Shown piece by piece: positions 30,007 to 42,054 of a DNA stretch of 64,000 nucleotides (position 1 is its first letter; every line of letters starts with the position of its first letter). The notes below the pieces were generated by a model. That model had not been told where the DNA came from. It made no database searches and worked only from the letters and a program-made list of their open reading frames with translations. Origin of the DNA: Patescibacteria group bacterium (lineage in GTDB: Bacteria; Patescibacteriota; Patescibacteriia; SG8-24; DYFX01); NCBI GenBank assembly GCA_041659045.1, contig JBAZZB010000001.1, positions 198,111-262,110 on the forward strand, in the 5' to 3' direction. Made by a program: the position numbers and the translations under genes.

Positions 30007-30903
30007 ATGAAAGCACTTGTGACAGGTGTTTCTGGGTTCATTGGTCCACACATCGTCGAAGCCTGCCTCGCAGCAGGCATGGAGGTGATCGGTATCGACA
30101 AGAACGACTACCCGTACGAACGGCCCGAAGGCTTCTCTTTCACGCAGATGGACGTTCGCGATCTCACGCCTGAGCGGATGCACGTCGACTACGTCATCCA
30201 CCTTGCGTTCGTGACGAACATTCCATTCTCGATCGAGCACCCGCTCGAGACGACGCGCGACAACATCGACATGACCGCGTTCGCGCTCGACTGGGCGGCC
30301 AAGACCAAGGTCAAGAAGTTCGTCTTCTCGTCGACGGCCTCGCTCTACGGCAACAATCCGCCGCCCTGGCGGGAGGACATGCCGTCCGACGCGATCGAGC
30401 CGTACTGCTGGCAGAAGTTCTGTGGCGAGGCTGCCTGCCGTATGTGGGCGGCACGCTACGGACTGCCGACGGTTTCGCTGCGCCTCTTCCAGGTCTACGG
30501 CGAGAACCAGCGGCACGACACGGCCTTCGCCAAGTTCTTCAATGCGAAGCGCACCGGCAAGCCGATCGAGCTGATCGAGACGACGGCGCAGTCCACCTTC
30601 CGCACCGGCCAGCGCGACTTCATCTACGTGAAGGACGTGGCCGAGGCCTTCGTGCGCGCCTGCCTGTCCGACAAGGTCGGCAAGGGCGAGATCGTGAACG
30701 TCGGCACCGGTATCGTTCGCACGATGGAAGATGTCGCCAAGGCGATCTTGGGCGACGACGGCAACGTCGTCTTCAAGCCGCAGCGCAAGTGGGAAGTCGA
30801 GCGGCACGAGGCGGACATCACCGCGGCGCGCACCCTCCTCGGGTGGGAGCCGAAGGCGACGGACGTCCTCGCCTGGCTTCGGCACCACGTGTCCACCTTC
30901 TGA
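30007..30903 (+). CDS. NAD-dependent epimerase/dehydratase/reductase
   Basis: VTGVSGFIG, SSTASLYG, YCWQK, RLFQVYG, RDFIYVKDVA. Confidence 0.9.
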   Translation: MKALVTGVSGFIGPHIVEACLAAGMEVIGIDKNDYPYERPEGFSFTQMDVRDLTPERMHVDYVIHLAFVTNIPFSIEHPLETTRDNIDMTAFALDWAAKTKVKKFVFSSTASLYGNNPPPWREDMPSDAIEPYCWQKFCGEAACRMWAARYGLPTVSLRLFQVYGENQRHDTAFAKFFNAKRTGKPIELIETTAQSTFRTGQRDFIYVKDVAEAFVRACLSDKVGKGEIVNVGTGIVRTMEDVAKAILGDDGNVVFKPQRKWEVERHEADITAARTLLGWEPKATDVLAWLRHHVSTF

Positions 30904-30929
30904 GAACCCGTACGAGCAAGGAGAACATC

Positions 30930-32186
30930 ATGGAGCTCATTCGCAACAAGGGCTGCCGCATGTGCGGCACGAACACCTTCAAGACCGTCATCGACATGGG
31001 CGTGCACCCGCTGGTCAACAGCCTGGTCGCCAAGGAAGACCTCGACAAGGAGGATCCGCGGTTCCCGCTGGTGGTCAAGCAGTGCATGGCCTGCTCTCTG
31101 GTGCAGCTCGTCGAGATCGTCGACGCGCACGACATCTACAAGGGTCAGGACTACCTGTTCTACTCGTCGGACATGCCTGGTCTCTCGAAGTACTTCGCGG
31201 ACTACGTGGTGCAGGATGTCATTCCGCATATCGATCCCGGCGACTTGGTCGTCGAGATCGGCAGCAATGACGGCGTCCTGCTCCAGCATCTGGTCGAGGA
31301 CTATGAAGTTCTCGGCGTCGATCCCTCGACGAACGTGGCGCTTCGCGCCATCCGGAAGGGGATTCCGACCGTACCACTCTTCTTCACCGAAGATCTGGCG
31401 CGGCAGATCGTGAACGAGTACGAGGGCAAGGCCAAGGCCATCGTGGCCAACAACTGCATCGCGCACCTGAACGGCCTCGATGACCTGATGCGCGGCGTTT
31501 CTCGGCTCCTGGCCGACGACGGCGTGTTCATCATCGAGTGTAACTACTGGGGCGGGATGGTCGTGAACGGCAACTATTCGTTGATCTACCACGACCACTA
31601 CAGCTACTTCTCGGCGCATGTCTGGGAGAGCTTCGCTCGGAAGTTCGGGATGCGGCCGTTCGACGCCTGGGTCACTCCGGCGCAGGGCGGTTCACTCCGG
31701 CTCTTCCTCTGCAAGGACAAGCGTCTGCCCACGCAACGCTACATGGATCTTCTGAAGCAGGAGAGCGTGAGTGGCCTCAACACGTACGCGACGAGTCTGC
31801 AGTACGAGGCCGACGTGCGCGCTGCCGCTCTGGCACTGCGCGACGGAGTCCTGGCACTCAAGGCCGACGGCAAGACGATCGCCGGCTACGGTGCTGCGGC
31901 CAAGGGCTTCACCATCCTGACCATGTCCGGCATCGGCGCGGAGCACATCTCGTACTTCGTCGACGACTCGCCGGCCAAGCAGGGGAAGTACACGCCCGTC
32001 GAGCACATCCCGATCATCACGCGCGCCGAGGCGGCTGCGAATCCACCGGACGTGTTCCTGGTGCTCGCGCCCAACTACGCCAAGGTGATCATCGAGAAGG
32101 AGCAGGCCTTCCTCAAGGCCGGCGGCACGATTGTCGTGCCCTTCGGTCGCGACATCCGTGTCGTGACCATCGATCAACCCCTCTGA
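30930..32186 (+). CDS. NDP-sugar C-methyltransferase (Zn-binding, TcaB9/NovU-like)
   Basis: CRMC...CMACSLVQL zinc site, VVEIGSNDG, IYHDHYSYF, QGGSLR, GYGAAAKG, VDDSPAKQG; SD AAGGAG. Confidence 0.9.
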   Translation: MELIRNKGCRMCGTNTFKTVIDMGVHPLVNSLVAKEDLDKEDPRFPLVVKQCMACSLVQLVEIVDAHDIYKGQDYLFYSSDMPGLSKYFADYVVQDVIPHIDPGDLVVEIGSNDGVLLQHLVEDYEVLGVDPSTNVALRAIRKGIPTVPLFFTEDLARQIVNEYEGKAKAIVANNCIAHLNGLDDLMRGVSRLLADDGVFIIECNYWGGMVVNGNYSLIYHDHYSYFSAHVWESFARKFGMRPFDAWVTPAQGGSLRLFLCKDKRLPTQRYMDLLKQESVSGLNTYATSLQYEADVRAAALALRDGVLALKADGKTIAGYGAAAKGFTILTMSGIGAEHISYFVDDSPAKQGKYTPVEHIPIITRAEAAANPPDVFLVLAPNYAKVIIEKEQAFLKAGGTIVVPFGRDIRVVTIDQPL

Positions 32187-32213
32187 CCGTCCCAACTTCG
32201 GGACGGTTTTTTT
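32186..32213 (+). terminator. Intrinsic terminator
   Basis: Stem ACCGTCCC/GGGACGGT followed by a T-run. Confidence 0.75.
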
Positions 32214-32249
32214 ATTGTCGAAGCCAATCGCTTGACCTACACTAGGGAC

Positions 32250-33224
32250 ATGTCTTCACCAACCCATCTCACGACGGCATTCGGCGACCGTCTTAAAAAA
32301 GACGAGCCGCTCGCCAAGCACGTGCATATTCGGATCGGAGGTCCGGCAGATTTCTATCTTGAAGCCAAAAGTTCCGAAGAAATCGCGCAAGCCGTCGAAG
32401 CGGCTGTTTCCGACAATCTTCCATTTGCGATATTTGGCGGGGGATCAAACACCTTGCCGAGCGACGAAGGTTTTCGCGGACTCGTCATCCAAGCGGCAAA
32501 CCGCGCATGGCGCATCGAGGGAACGCGCGTCATTGCCGAGGCGGGTGTTCCTTCTGGTTTTCTCGCTCGTAAAACCGCCGAAGCTGGTCTGACAGGACTC
32601 GAGTGGGCGGTCTCGCTGCCGGGAACCATCGGGGGAGCCGTGCGCGGCAACGCCGGCTGCTTTGGCGGTGAAATCAAAGATATACTCGTTTCCGTCGACG
32701 TGTTGCGCGTTGCTGACGGTCGTGTTGAACGCAACGTTTGTAAAAATGAAGAATGCAGTTTTGCGTATCGCGAATCACGTTTCAAACGGAGCCACGACGC
32801 CGTGCTGTCAGCGGAGTTCATGCTTGCTTCGGCAACGAAGGAATCTTGCCTCGCGAAACTTGAGGACGTGCTCTCAAAACGCAAGGCGGATCAACCCAAC
32901 GAGGCGCCGTCGGCCGGCTGCATGTTCAAGAATTTTGATTTTAAAGATGAGGCCGAACTTGCCAAGCTGAAAGAACATGTCGAAGTACCCGACATGTTCG
33001 TGCGCGCCAAACGCTTGCCGGCAGGCTGGTTGATCGAGCAGGCAGATCTGAAAGGGAAGACAATCGGCGGCGCCCAGGTCTCCACGAAGCACGGAAATTT
33101 CCTGCTGAATCTCGGAAACGCGACCGCCTCCGACGTCTTGCAGCTTATTTCGCTCATCAAGATGCGTATTCGCGACGACTACGGACTTCAGCTGGAAGAA
33201 GAGGTGCAGCTGCTCGGATTTTGA
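32250..33224 (+). CDS. murB: UDP-N-acetylenolpyruvoylglucosamine reductase
   Basis: RIGGPAD, GGGSN, GLEWAVSLPGTIGGAVRGNAG, FAYRESRF, SAGCMFKN, KHGNF, LEEEV. Confidence 0.96.
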   Translation: MSSPTHLTTAFGDRLKKDEPLAKHVHIRIGGPADFYLEAKSSEEIAQAVEAAVSDNLPFAIFGGGSNTLPSDEGFRGLVIQAANRAWRIEGTRVIAEAGVPSGFLARKTAEAGLTGLEWAVSLPGTIGGAVRGNAGCFGGEIKDILVSVDVLRVADGRVERNVCKNEECSFAYRESRFKRSHDAVLSAEFMLASATKESCLAKLEDVLSKRKADQPNEAPSAGCMFKNFDFKDEAELAKLKEHVEVPDMFVRAKRLPAGWLIEQADLKGKTIGGAQVSTKHGNFLLNLGNATASDVLQLISLIKMRIRDDYGLQLEEEVQLLGF

Positions 33225-33318
33225 CAGCGAGACGTTCGGGCAATTTCTCGAAGAGTGCTGCCCTTGCGTGGGACAGCCTTTTCCTTTAAAGTAGAGCCAC
33301 TAAAACAGGCTGTTCCCT

Positions 33319-33630
33319 ATGACCATTGATCGCATCAAAGCCACCGGAATCGAACTGACCGACGCCATTAAGGACGCCGTCGAGAAAGACCTCGCCGCGC
33401 TCGCACCGATGACGGCGCGCTTCGGCGAAGCCACCTCCGTCGATGTCGAAGTCGGCAAGACGACGAATCATCACCACAAAGGCGATATCTTCCGCGCCGA
33501 GATGAATTTGCATATTCCCGGTAAGACGATCCGCGTCGAAGAGACCGCTGAAGATCTCTACGCCGCCATCAAGGAAGCCGTCCGCACGCTCGGACGCGAA
33601 GTGGTCAAAGAAAAGGAACGCCACGACTAA
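33319..33630 (+). CDS. raiA: Ribosome hibernation factor (short HPF/RaiA)
   Basis: GIELTDAIKDAVE, FRAEMNL, AEDLYAAI; immediately upstream of secA, a common arrangement. Confidence 0.85.
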   Translation: MTIDRIKATGIELTDAIKDAVEKDLAALAPMTARFGEATSVDVEVGKTTNHHHKGDIFRAEMNLHIPGKTIRVEETAEDLYAAIKEAVRTLGREVVKEKERHD

Positions 33631-33636
33631 TACCGC

Positions 33637-36366
<2,730 letters not shown>

Positions 36367-36377
36367 TTCGCGAACAG

Positions 36378-36416
36378 AAGACCGACGGTTGACAAACCGT
36401 CGGTTTTTGGTATCGT
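36378..36416 (+). terminator. secA terminator overlapping the promoter of the next gene
   Basis: Stem ACCGACGGTT/AACCGTCGGT plus T-run; TTGACA spans the loop, then N16 to TATCGT with an extended -10 TG. Confidence 0.65.
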
Positions 36417-36432
36417 CGAAGAGGGAGGAATT

Positions 36433-37200
36433 ATGCGGATCATCACGTTGAATTGCTGGTGCGGACGCGCGGTCGATCGCTTGATCCCGTTTTTCGAGCA
36501 CTATCGGACGCGCACCGACGTTTTCTTCTTGCAGGAGATCTTGAACGGCGACCAGCGCGAGATCGATCGGCGCCATCCCGGCGCCGGCTCGTACGCCGAC
36601 CTCTTCAATCTGATCGCCGCCGCGCTGCCTGGTTTCCAAGGGTTCTTCGCGGGTTTCGAAGATCCGGATCGCATGAGCAATGCCGTCTTCGCGCGCGATT
36701 CGCTCTCGATCCACGACATCTCTGAGCACGTGGTCTACGAGCCGAAGAATCCTGTGCACGAAGGACACGTGATCACCTCGAGCCGCAAGCTTCAGACGAT
36801 CACGCTGGACGTGAACGGCCACTCCGTCCTGTACGGCAACTTGCACGGCCTTTGGGTCAACGGTCCTAAGACGGACACGCCGGACCGCCTCAAGCAGTCG
36901 GAGAAGGTCGTCGAAGTCTTCAAGGGGCACGCCGGGCCAAAGACGCTCGTCGGCGACTTCAATCTGCTGCCGGACACGGAGTCCGTGCGGATGTTGGAAA
37001 CTCACGCCGGGTTGCGCAATCTGGTCGTCGAGCACGCCATCCCTTCCACGCGCACGCCGCTCTACCGTCACTACGACAATCCGAGCGAACCGAACTTTGC
37101 CGACTACGTCATGCCCTCGCATGATCAGCGGGTGAAGGGCTTCAAGGTTCTGCCGGATGTCGTGTCAGACCACGCTGCGCTCTACGCCGAGTTCGCTTAG
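36433..37200 (+). CDS. Endonuclease/exonuclease/phosphatase (EEP) family protein
   Basis: ITLNCW, FFLQE, NLHG, VGDFN, ADY, VSDH; SD GGAGG. Confidence 0.9.
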   Translation: MRIITLNCWCGRAVDRLIPFFEHYRTRTDVFFLQEILNGDQREIDRRHPGAGSYADLFNLIAAALPGFQGFFAGFEDPDRMSNAVFARDSLSIHDISEHVVYEPKNPVHEGHVITSSRKLQTITLDVNGHSVLYGNLHGLWVNGPKTDTPDRLKQSEKVVEVFKGHAGPKTLVGDFNLLPDTESVRMLETHAGLRNLVVEHAIPSTRTPLYRHYDNPSEPNFADYVMPSHDQRVKGFKVLPDVVSDHAALYAEFA

Positions 37201-37286
37201 AACCGGCGTTTTTCTTTTAAAAATCATGCCCAATACGCTGCGAATCTTGCCATTTTAAAGAAAACCAGCCATAGTACGAGAGACAT

Positions 37287-37892
37287 ATGGAGCAGTACTT
37301 CAAAGAAGCGATCGACCTTCAGCACGCGATCTTGCGGGACAAAGTCCTGCTCGACGCGCTGAAAGAGAGCGTTGCCCTCATCGAGGGTTGTTTGAAGCGT
37401 GGTCATAAACTGCTGATTGCCGGCAATGGCGGCAGCGCGGCGGATGCGCAGCATTTTGCCGCCGAGTTGGTGGGCCGATTCAAAAAAGAAAGGAAAGCCT
37501 ACCCTGCCCTCGCGCTGACCGTTGATACGTCGATTATCACAGCCTGGAGCAACGACTATTCGTTTGAGTCGGTCTTCGCGCGCCAGATCGAAGCTTACGG
37601 TAACGCAGGAGATATTTTTATTGGCATTTCGACGAGTGGAAACTCTTCAAATCTTCTCGCGGCCGTGAAGGAGGCGAAAGAAAAAGGAATCTTCAGCCTG
37701 TGTCTTTTGGGCAGAGGCGGCGGCGCTCTCAAGGACATCTGTGACAAGGCCTTGATCGTTCCGTCCGACAACATTCCGCGCATTCAAGAAGTGCACGAGA
37801 TGCTTCTTCATATCATTTGCGAAGAGGTCGAGCGCGGTCTTGTCGGTGCGGAGGCAGCGCATGAAAACACTCTTCATCACGTCCTTTCATAG
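37287..37892 (+). CDS. gmhA: Phosphoheptose (sedoheptulose-7-phosphate) isomerase
   Basis: GNGGSAADAQHFAAEL, NDYSFESVFARQ, ISTSGNS, PRIQEVH. Confidence 0.93.
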   Translation: MEQYFKEAIDLQHAILRDKVLLDALKESVALIEGCLKRGHKLLIAGNGGSAADAQHFAAELVGRFKKERKAYPALALTVDTSIITAWSNDYSFESVFARQIEAYGNAGDIFIGISTSGNSSNLLAAVKEAKEKGIFSLCLLGRGGGALKDICDKALIVPSDNIPRIQEVHEMLLHIICEEVERGLVGAEAAHENTLHHVLS

Positions 37893-39270
37893 CTTTATTT
37901 CGAAGAACATCCTGAACACGGATGTTCTGAGAATCCTGGGCGGCGCGTCGGATCTGCGCGTCGTGATTTTCGTGCCGCAAAGCAAAGTCTCTTTTTTCGA
38001 GCGTCATTACGCGTCTGAAAACGTTCGCATCGAAGGCGTCGATGTCGCTACGATCACCGAATCAAAACGCAACGTTTTTTTCAGCCGCCTGTTCTTTTTG
38101 ATGATTCGTTCGCACTACCTTTGGTACAAGAGAGTGGAACGGAGGGACGCGCAGCCGACACTTTTGGCGTGGGTAAAGTACGTCGTCTATTCCGGACTCG
38201 TGCGTGTCCTGAGCGGTTCTCGCGCGCTGAATCGTCTCGCACGTTTTGCATCATATCGCTTTACGCCCAAAAATATTCTTGAGGCGCACTTCGCGCGTTA
38301 TCAACCGTCGCTCGTTTTTTCGACTGACGTGTTCGACCCCGTCGACGCGCAATTTTTAAAAGAGGCAAAGTATCATCATGTCGCGACGCTGGGCATGGTT
38401 CGTTCATGGGACAATTGTTATAGCAAGGGTTTGATGCCCGTGTTGCCTGACGCTCTTTTGACGAACAACGAACTGATTAAAGAGGAGGCGGTCACGCTTC
38501 ATAACTATCCCGCCGAACGCGTCACCGTCGTAGGCTTGCCGCAGTTCGATGCGTTTGTTCGGGAGGAGCGGATCTCACGCGAAGCATTTTTCAAATCGAT
38601 CGGAGTCGATCCAAGCCAAAAGCTCGTCTTGTTCGCTCCCGCCGGTTCTATTTTGTCGGACACCGATTGGCAGACCTGTGAGATTTTGGAGAATGCGCGC
38701 GCGAAAGGGGAGATTCGTCATCCCGTGCACTTTTTCGTCCGAAACCATCCGGGACACCCAGCAGATCTCTCTCGCTTTAAGGAGAACCCTCACTTCACCA
38801 TTCAAAATCCCGGCCAGATATTTGATACCAACTCCAAGAACAACGAGCTGGATCCGCGCGATCAAAAAGAGCTCGCCGATCTTTTGTATCATTCCGACGT
38901 GGTGTTGTTTGTCGCCACAACGCTCGGACTGGACGCCACGGTCTACGACAAGCCGCAGATCATGATCGATTTCGATGGCTACGAAAAAAAGGACTACACG
39001 AAGAGTGTCGCGCGCTATCACGACGAGGATCACATGAAGAAATACATCGCGACCGCTGGCGTGCGCGTCGTGCGTGACGCGAAGGAATTGATCGATTCGA
39101 TCAACGCGTATTTGGAGAATCCTCAAATTGACTCCGAAGGCAGGGATAGTATAGTGAGGGAGCAACTTTTCAAAATCGACGGAAAATCCGGAGAACGCGT
39201 CGCAGAGCAGATCTTGAAATCCTTGAGTGCTTCTTATGGCAAAGAACGAAACAACCAAAAAGAAGTTTGA
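37861..39270 (+). CDS. GT-B transferase of the CDP-glycerol glycerophosphotransferase/ulosonate-transferase-like group
   Basis: SWDN..SKG, GLPQFD, VRNHP, TTLGLDA...DKP, DGKSGERV; sits in the ulosonate module. Confidence 0.65.
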   Translation: MKTLFITSFHSFISKNILNTDVLRILGGASDLRVVIFVPQSKVSFFERHYASENVRIEGVDVATITESKRNVFFSRLFFLMIRSHYLWYKRVERRDAQPTLLAWVKYVVYSGLVRVLSGSRALNRLARFASYRFTPKNILEAHFARYQPSLVFSTDVFDPVDAQFLKEAKYHHVATLGMVRSWDNCYSKGLMPVLPDALLTNNELIKEEAVTLHNYPAERVTVVGLPQFDAFVREERISREAFFKSIGVDPSQKLVLFAPAGSILSDTDWQTCEILENARAKGEIRHPVHFFVRNHPGHPADLSRFKENPHFTIQNPGQIFDTNSKNNELDPRDQKELADLLYHSDVVLFVATTLGLDATVYDKPQIMIDFDGYEKKDYTKSVARYHDEDHMKKYIATAGVRVVRDAKELIDSINAYLENPQIDSEGRDSIVREQLFKIDGKSGERVAEQILKSLSASYGKERNNQKEV

Positions 39271-40369
39271 CCCTTCTCTCATCGAACCGCTCGACGGTTC
39301 GCCGATGATCAGTGCGAACTGCTGGAACGCGGTTCTTGAAACTGTCGATGAGCGGGCGCGAACGGAAAAGCGCTTGCGCTGCCTTGAGTGGGGAGCTGGA
39401 AACAGTACGATCAGTTTGGTGCGCAAAGGTAGGAAGATGGAAAACGATTTTGAATTTGTTTCGATTGAACACGAAACGAATTTTTTCCACTGGCTCGCAG
39501 AGTCTGTCCTGGCAGAGTTCTTGGACGGCTCCAGCACGAATTTGAAAATCACCTGGCAGCCGCTTGCGGGCGCCGTCATTCCCTTAGCAAGACTTGGAGC
39601 GACGTTGAAAGAACACCGTGCGCTCGAGTGTGCGTCGCTCAGCTGGCAGATTCTTTTGGGTAACCGAAGACTGCAATACATCGACGGCTTCCGGCCGCAA
39701 TTCGATTTTTCCGCGTTCAAGCTGTTCAAACAGGCGGCAAGATTGCTTTTGATGAAAATGGGCTATGCCCTGTGGTTGGTAAAGAGCGTTGCGCGGTCGT
39801 TTATTTCAAAATCAGCCCCTGCTCAGACGCACAAACTGGCTGCGCCCACGCTCGTACTGTCGGGTGCGTCCATTAAGAAAGGTGCCTTCTTCGAACATTT
39901 CGAGGAGAATCCTGTTCCCGGCTGCCTCACGATAGAGCAGTCCGGTGCGCGCGTGGAGTTATGGCACCTGCCCGCGCTGGAAACGGTCTTTTGGAACAAG
40001 GGGGTTCTGCTGGATGGATCGATCAAGCAGCTGTTCGAGTACGTATGCGTGCCGTTGAACGGCTCGTTCGATGTGGTGTTCATCGATGGTCGTGCTCGTG
40101 TTTCCTGCATCAAGCGAACGCATCGAGATAAGCTTCTGAAAGACGGCGGCTCGTTGTTCGTGCACGATGCCTTCCGTGCCGAGATGGCGGAAGGTTTCCG
40201 GTTGTTTAGCCCTTCGTTTTCGTTCATCCGCGGCTCAAACACGACGTTGAATGGGCAGTCGAGATGCGAGGAGAAATTCGGTATGCCCTTGGCGCGCGTC
40301 GGCGATGATCTGCGCACGTTGCGTTGGGAGATCACCCAGGAAATGTTCACGTATAAGAATTCTCGTTGA
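39236..40369 (+). CDS. Putative SAM-dependent methyltransferase with a large central insertion
   Basis: CLEWGAGNST and SIEH, then about 200 aa later FDVVFIDGRARVSC and LFVHDA. Confidence 0.65.
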   Translation: MAKNETTKKKFDPSLIEPLDGSPMISANCWNAVLETVDERARTEKRLRCLEWGAGNSTISLVRKGRKMENDFEFVSIEHETNFFHWLAESVLAEFLDGSSTNLKITWQPLAGAVIPLARLGATLKEHRALECASLSWQILLGNRRLQYIDGFRPQFDFSAFKLFKQAARLLLMKMGYALWLVKSVARSFISKSAPAQTHKLAAPTLVLSGASIKKGAFFEHFEENPVPGCLTIEQSGARVELWHLPALETVFWNKGVLLDGSIKQLFEYVCVPLNGSFDVVFIDGRARVSCIKRTHRDKLLKDGGSLFVHDAFRAEMAEGFRLFSPSFSFIRGSNTTLNGQSRCEEKFGMPLARVGDDLRTLRWEITQEMFTYKNSR

Positions 40370-40370
40370 T

Positions 40371-41264
40371 ATGCCGCGCCCAAAATTCCTCCAAAATTTG
40401 ATGAAAGGACCCCGACGCTTTGAAGGGGGATTGGTGTTGAATGCTTTTGGGTATCACGCGCTTCGTATCCTAGGTTTCAAGATTGCGTATGCGTTACGAA
40501 GGAAAATTGAATCACAAGACGCGAACGTGAAGCGGGTTGCAGAAGAGGTTTTGCGCGACGGCATTGTCGTGCTTCCAAACTATTTTTCTGAAGAGGTTTT
40601 TTCGAAAATTAAACGCGAAGCGGATAGCTTGAACCTTGCGACGGTCAACGAACGCGCGCCGCGAATTTTGCGCAGCGTTATTGTCGCTGACGGTCGACCG
40701 ACTTCAAACGAGACGCTTGAGACGTATTTCGCGAAAAACGATTTTCTTAACGGCGTCGCGGCGACGGTGCTCAGAAAAAAGATTCTTTTGACACCGACCG
40801 TACAAGTCGAGAGGAGCTGGTACGCTCAGGAAGACCTAGGCAAAGAGTCCACGGACAAGGCGGACAATCTGCATTTTGACGTCAGTTATCCGACGGTCAA
40901 AGCCTTCTTGTATCTCAACGACGTCAGCGCGGACAACGCCGCCTTTTCTTACGCCAGAGGCTCGCAAAAAATGACGCTCGCGCGTTTGTGGATGGAATAC
41001 AAAATGAGCGTCAAATTTTGGTTGTGGGACAAAAAGAGCCGTGAGACCATTACGCCAGAAGTGAGCCGCGAATTTCTCAAGAACAACGGATTTGAACTCA
41101 AGTCGATCGTCGGAAAAGCGAATACGCTACTTATCGTTAATACGATGGGTATGCACCGCAGAGGCGATTACGCCATGACGACCCCGAGAGAAATGGTGAA
41201 TGTGAGCTACCGCGTGCTGGAGACGTTCAAATTCTTTCTGCGCGAGCTTCGTCAAAAACGGTAG
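40371..41264 (+). CDS. 2-oxoglutarate/Fe(II) dioxygenase, phytanoyl-CoA dioxygenase-like
   Basis: LHFD (HxD), KAFLYLNDV..NAAFSY..GSQ, GKANTLLIVNTMGMHRRG (distal His). Confidence 0.78.
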   Translation: MPRPKFLQNLMKGPRRFEGGLVLNAFGYHALRILGFKIAYALRRKIESQDANVKRVAEEVLRDGIVVLPNYFSEEVFSKIKREADSLNLATVNERAPRILRSVIVADGRPTSNETLETYFAKNDFLNGVAATVLRKKILLTPTVQVERSWYAQEDLGKESTDKADNLHFDVSYPTVKAFLYLNDVSADNAAFSYARGSQKMTLARLWMEYKMSVKFWLWDKKSRETITPEVSREFLKNNGFELKSIVGKANTLLIVNTMGMHRRGDYAMTTPREMVNVSYRVLETFKFFLRELRQKR

Positions 41265-41267
41265 ATC

Positions 41268-41972
41268 CTAGCGGCGGCGAAATTTATCGAGTGCGATGTG
41301 CAAATCTTCCGGCGTGTTGATGTCGCCGTCAAAAAATTCGTCCATGACGAACAGTTCCACTTTGTCTCCGTAGAGGTTTGAAGGTTCCTCGTACAGATTC
41401 GAAGGTTTCAAAATGTAAGCGATGTCGTTTCTCGAGTAGCAGGGCGGCAAGTCTTGGCTTCGCGTCCTGATGCTTTTGAGCGAGACGCCGTCAAAAAGCA
41501 CGACGCGTCCCTCTTCGTTTTTCCGCAAGATCCAGTGTGGGTTTCTGTTGGCGCGCGCTTCGGATACGGTCACGACGGAATCCGCCGCAGTTTCTTTGAA
41601 ACGGGTGATGGCTTGGTCGAGAACTTCCGGCGTACGCAAAGGGTTCGTGGGCATGAGCAGCGCGATTGCGTCAGGAACGTACCCTTCGTTTTTTTTGAGC
41701 CACTCGAGCGTGTCGATCAGGACAGGTTCAATACCGATCGTGTCCTGCGCCAGCGCGGCCGGACGCAAAAATGGCACGTCAGCACCGTGTGCCATGGCGA
41801 TCTCTTGAATCTCCGCGTCATCCGTATTCACCAACACCCTGGAAATCGAGGGTGTTTTCAGTGCGGTTTCAATCGCCCAGGCAATAACAGGCTTGCCGTC
41901 AAAATCAGCAATATTCTTTTTGGGAATACGTTTTGAGCCTCCGCGCGCTGGGATAATCGCTAAAACTTCCAT
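41268..41972 (-). CDS. neuA: Acylneuraminate/ulosonate cytidylyltransferase (NeuA/PseF family)
   Basis: IIPARGGSKRIPKKNI, VPFLRPA, PTNPLR, RSQDLP, DINTPED. Confidence 0.9.
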   Translation of the reverse strand: MEVLAIIPARGGSKRIPKKNIADFDGKPVIAWAIETALKTPSISRVLVNTDDAEIQEIAMAHGADVPFLRPAALAQDTIGIEPVLIDTLEWLKKNEGYVPDAIALLMPTNPLRTPEVLDQAITRFKETAADSVVTVSEARANRNPHWILRKNEEGRVVLFDGVSLKSIRTRSQDLPPCYSRNDIAYILKPSNLYEEPSNLYGDKVELFVMDEFFDGDINTPEDLHIALDKFRRR

Positions 41973-42014
41973 ACGATCCGATGCTACATGATCGCCATTA
42001 TTCCTTCAATATAG

Positions 42015-42043
42015 AAAAAAGCCGCATACGAGTTGTATGCGGC
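42015..42043 (-). terminator. Intrinsic terminator after the radical SAM gene
   Basis: Stem GCCGCATAC/GTATGCGGC followed by T6 on the minus strand. Confidence 0.75.
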
Positions 42044-42054
42044 CGTCGTGAGTC

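Noticed and set aside
30444-30929. 162-codon upstream extension of the C-methyltransferase ORF (possible frameshift fusion with the epimerase)
   Set aside because: The extension is Arg/Gly-rich off-frame sequence, the epimerase is complete, and the ATG at 30930 has a good SD.
37287-37892. gmhA plus kdsC as evidence of a classical LPS inner core
   Set aside because: No kdsA, waa, hld or lpx genes in the window; the partners are NeuB/NeuA-type.
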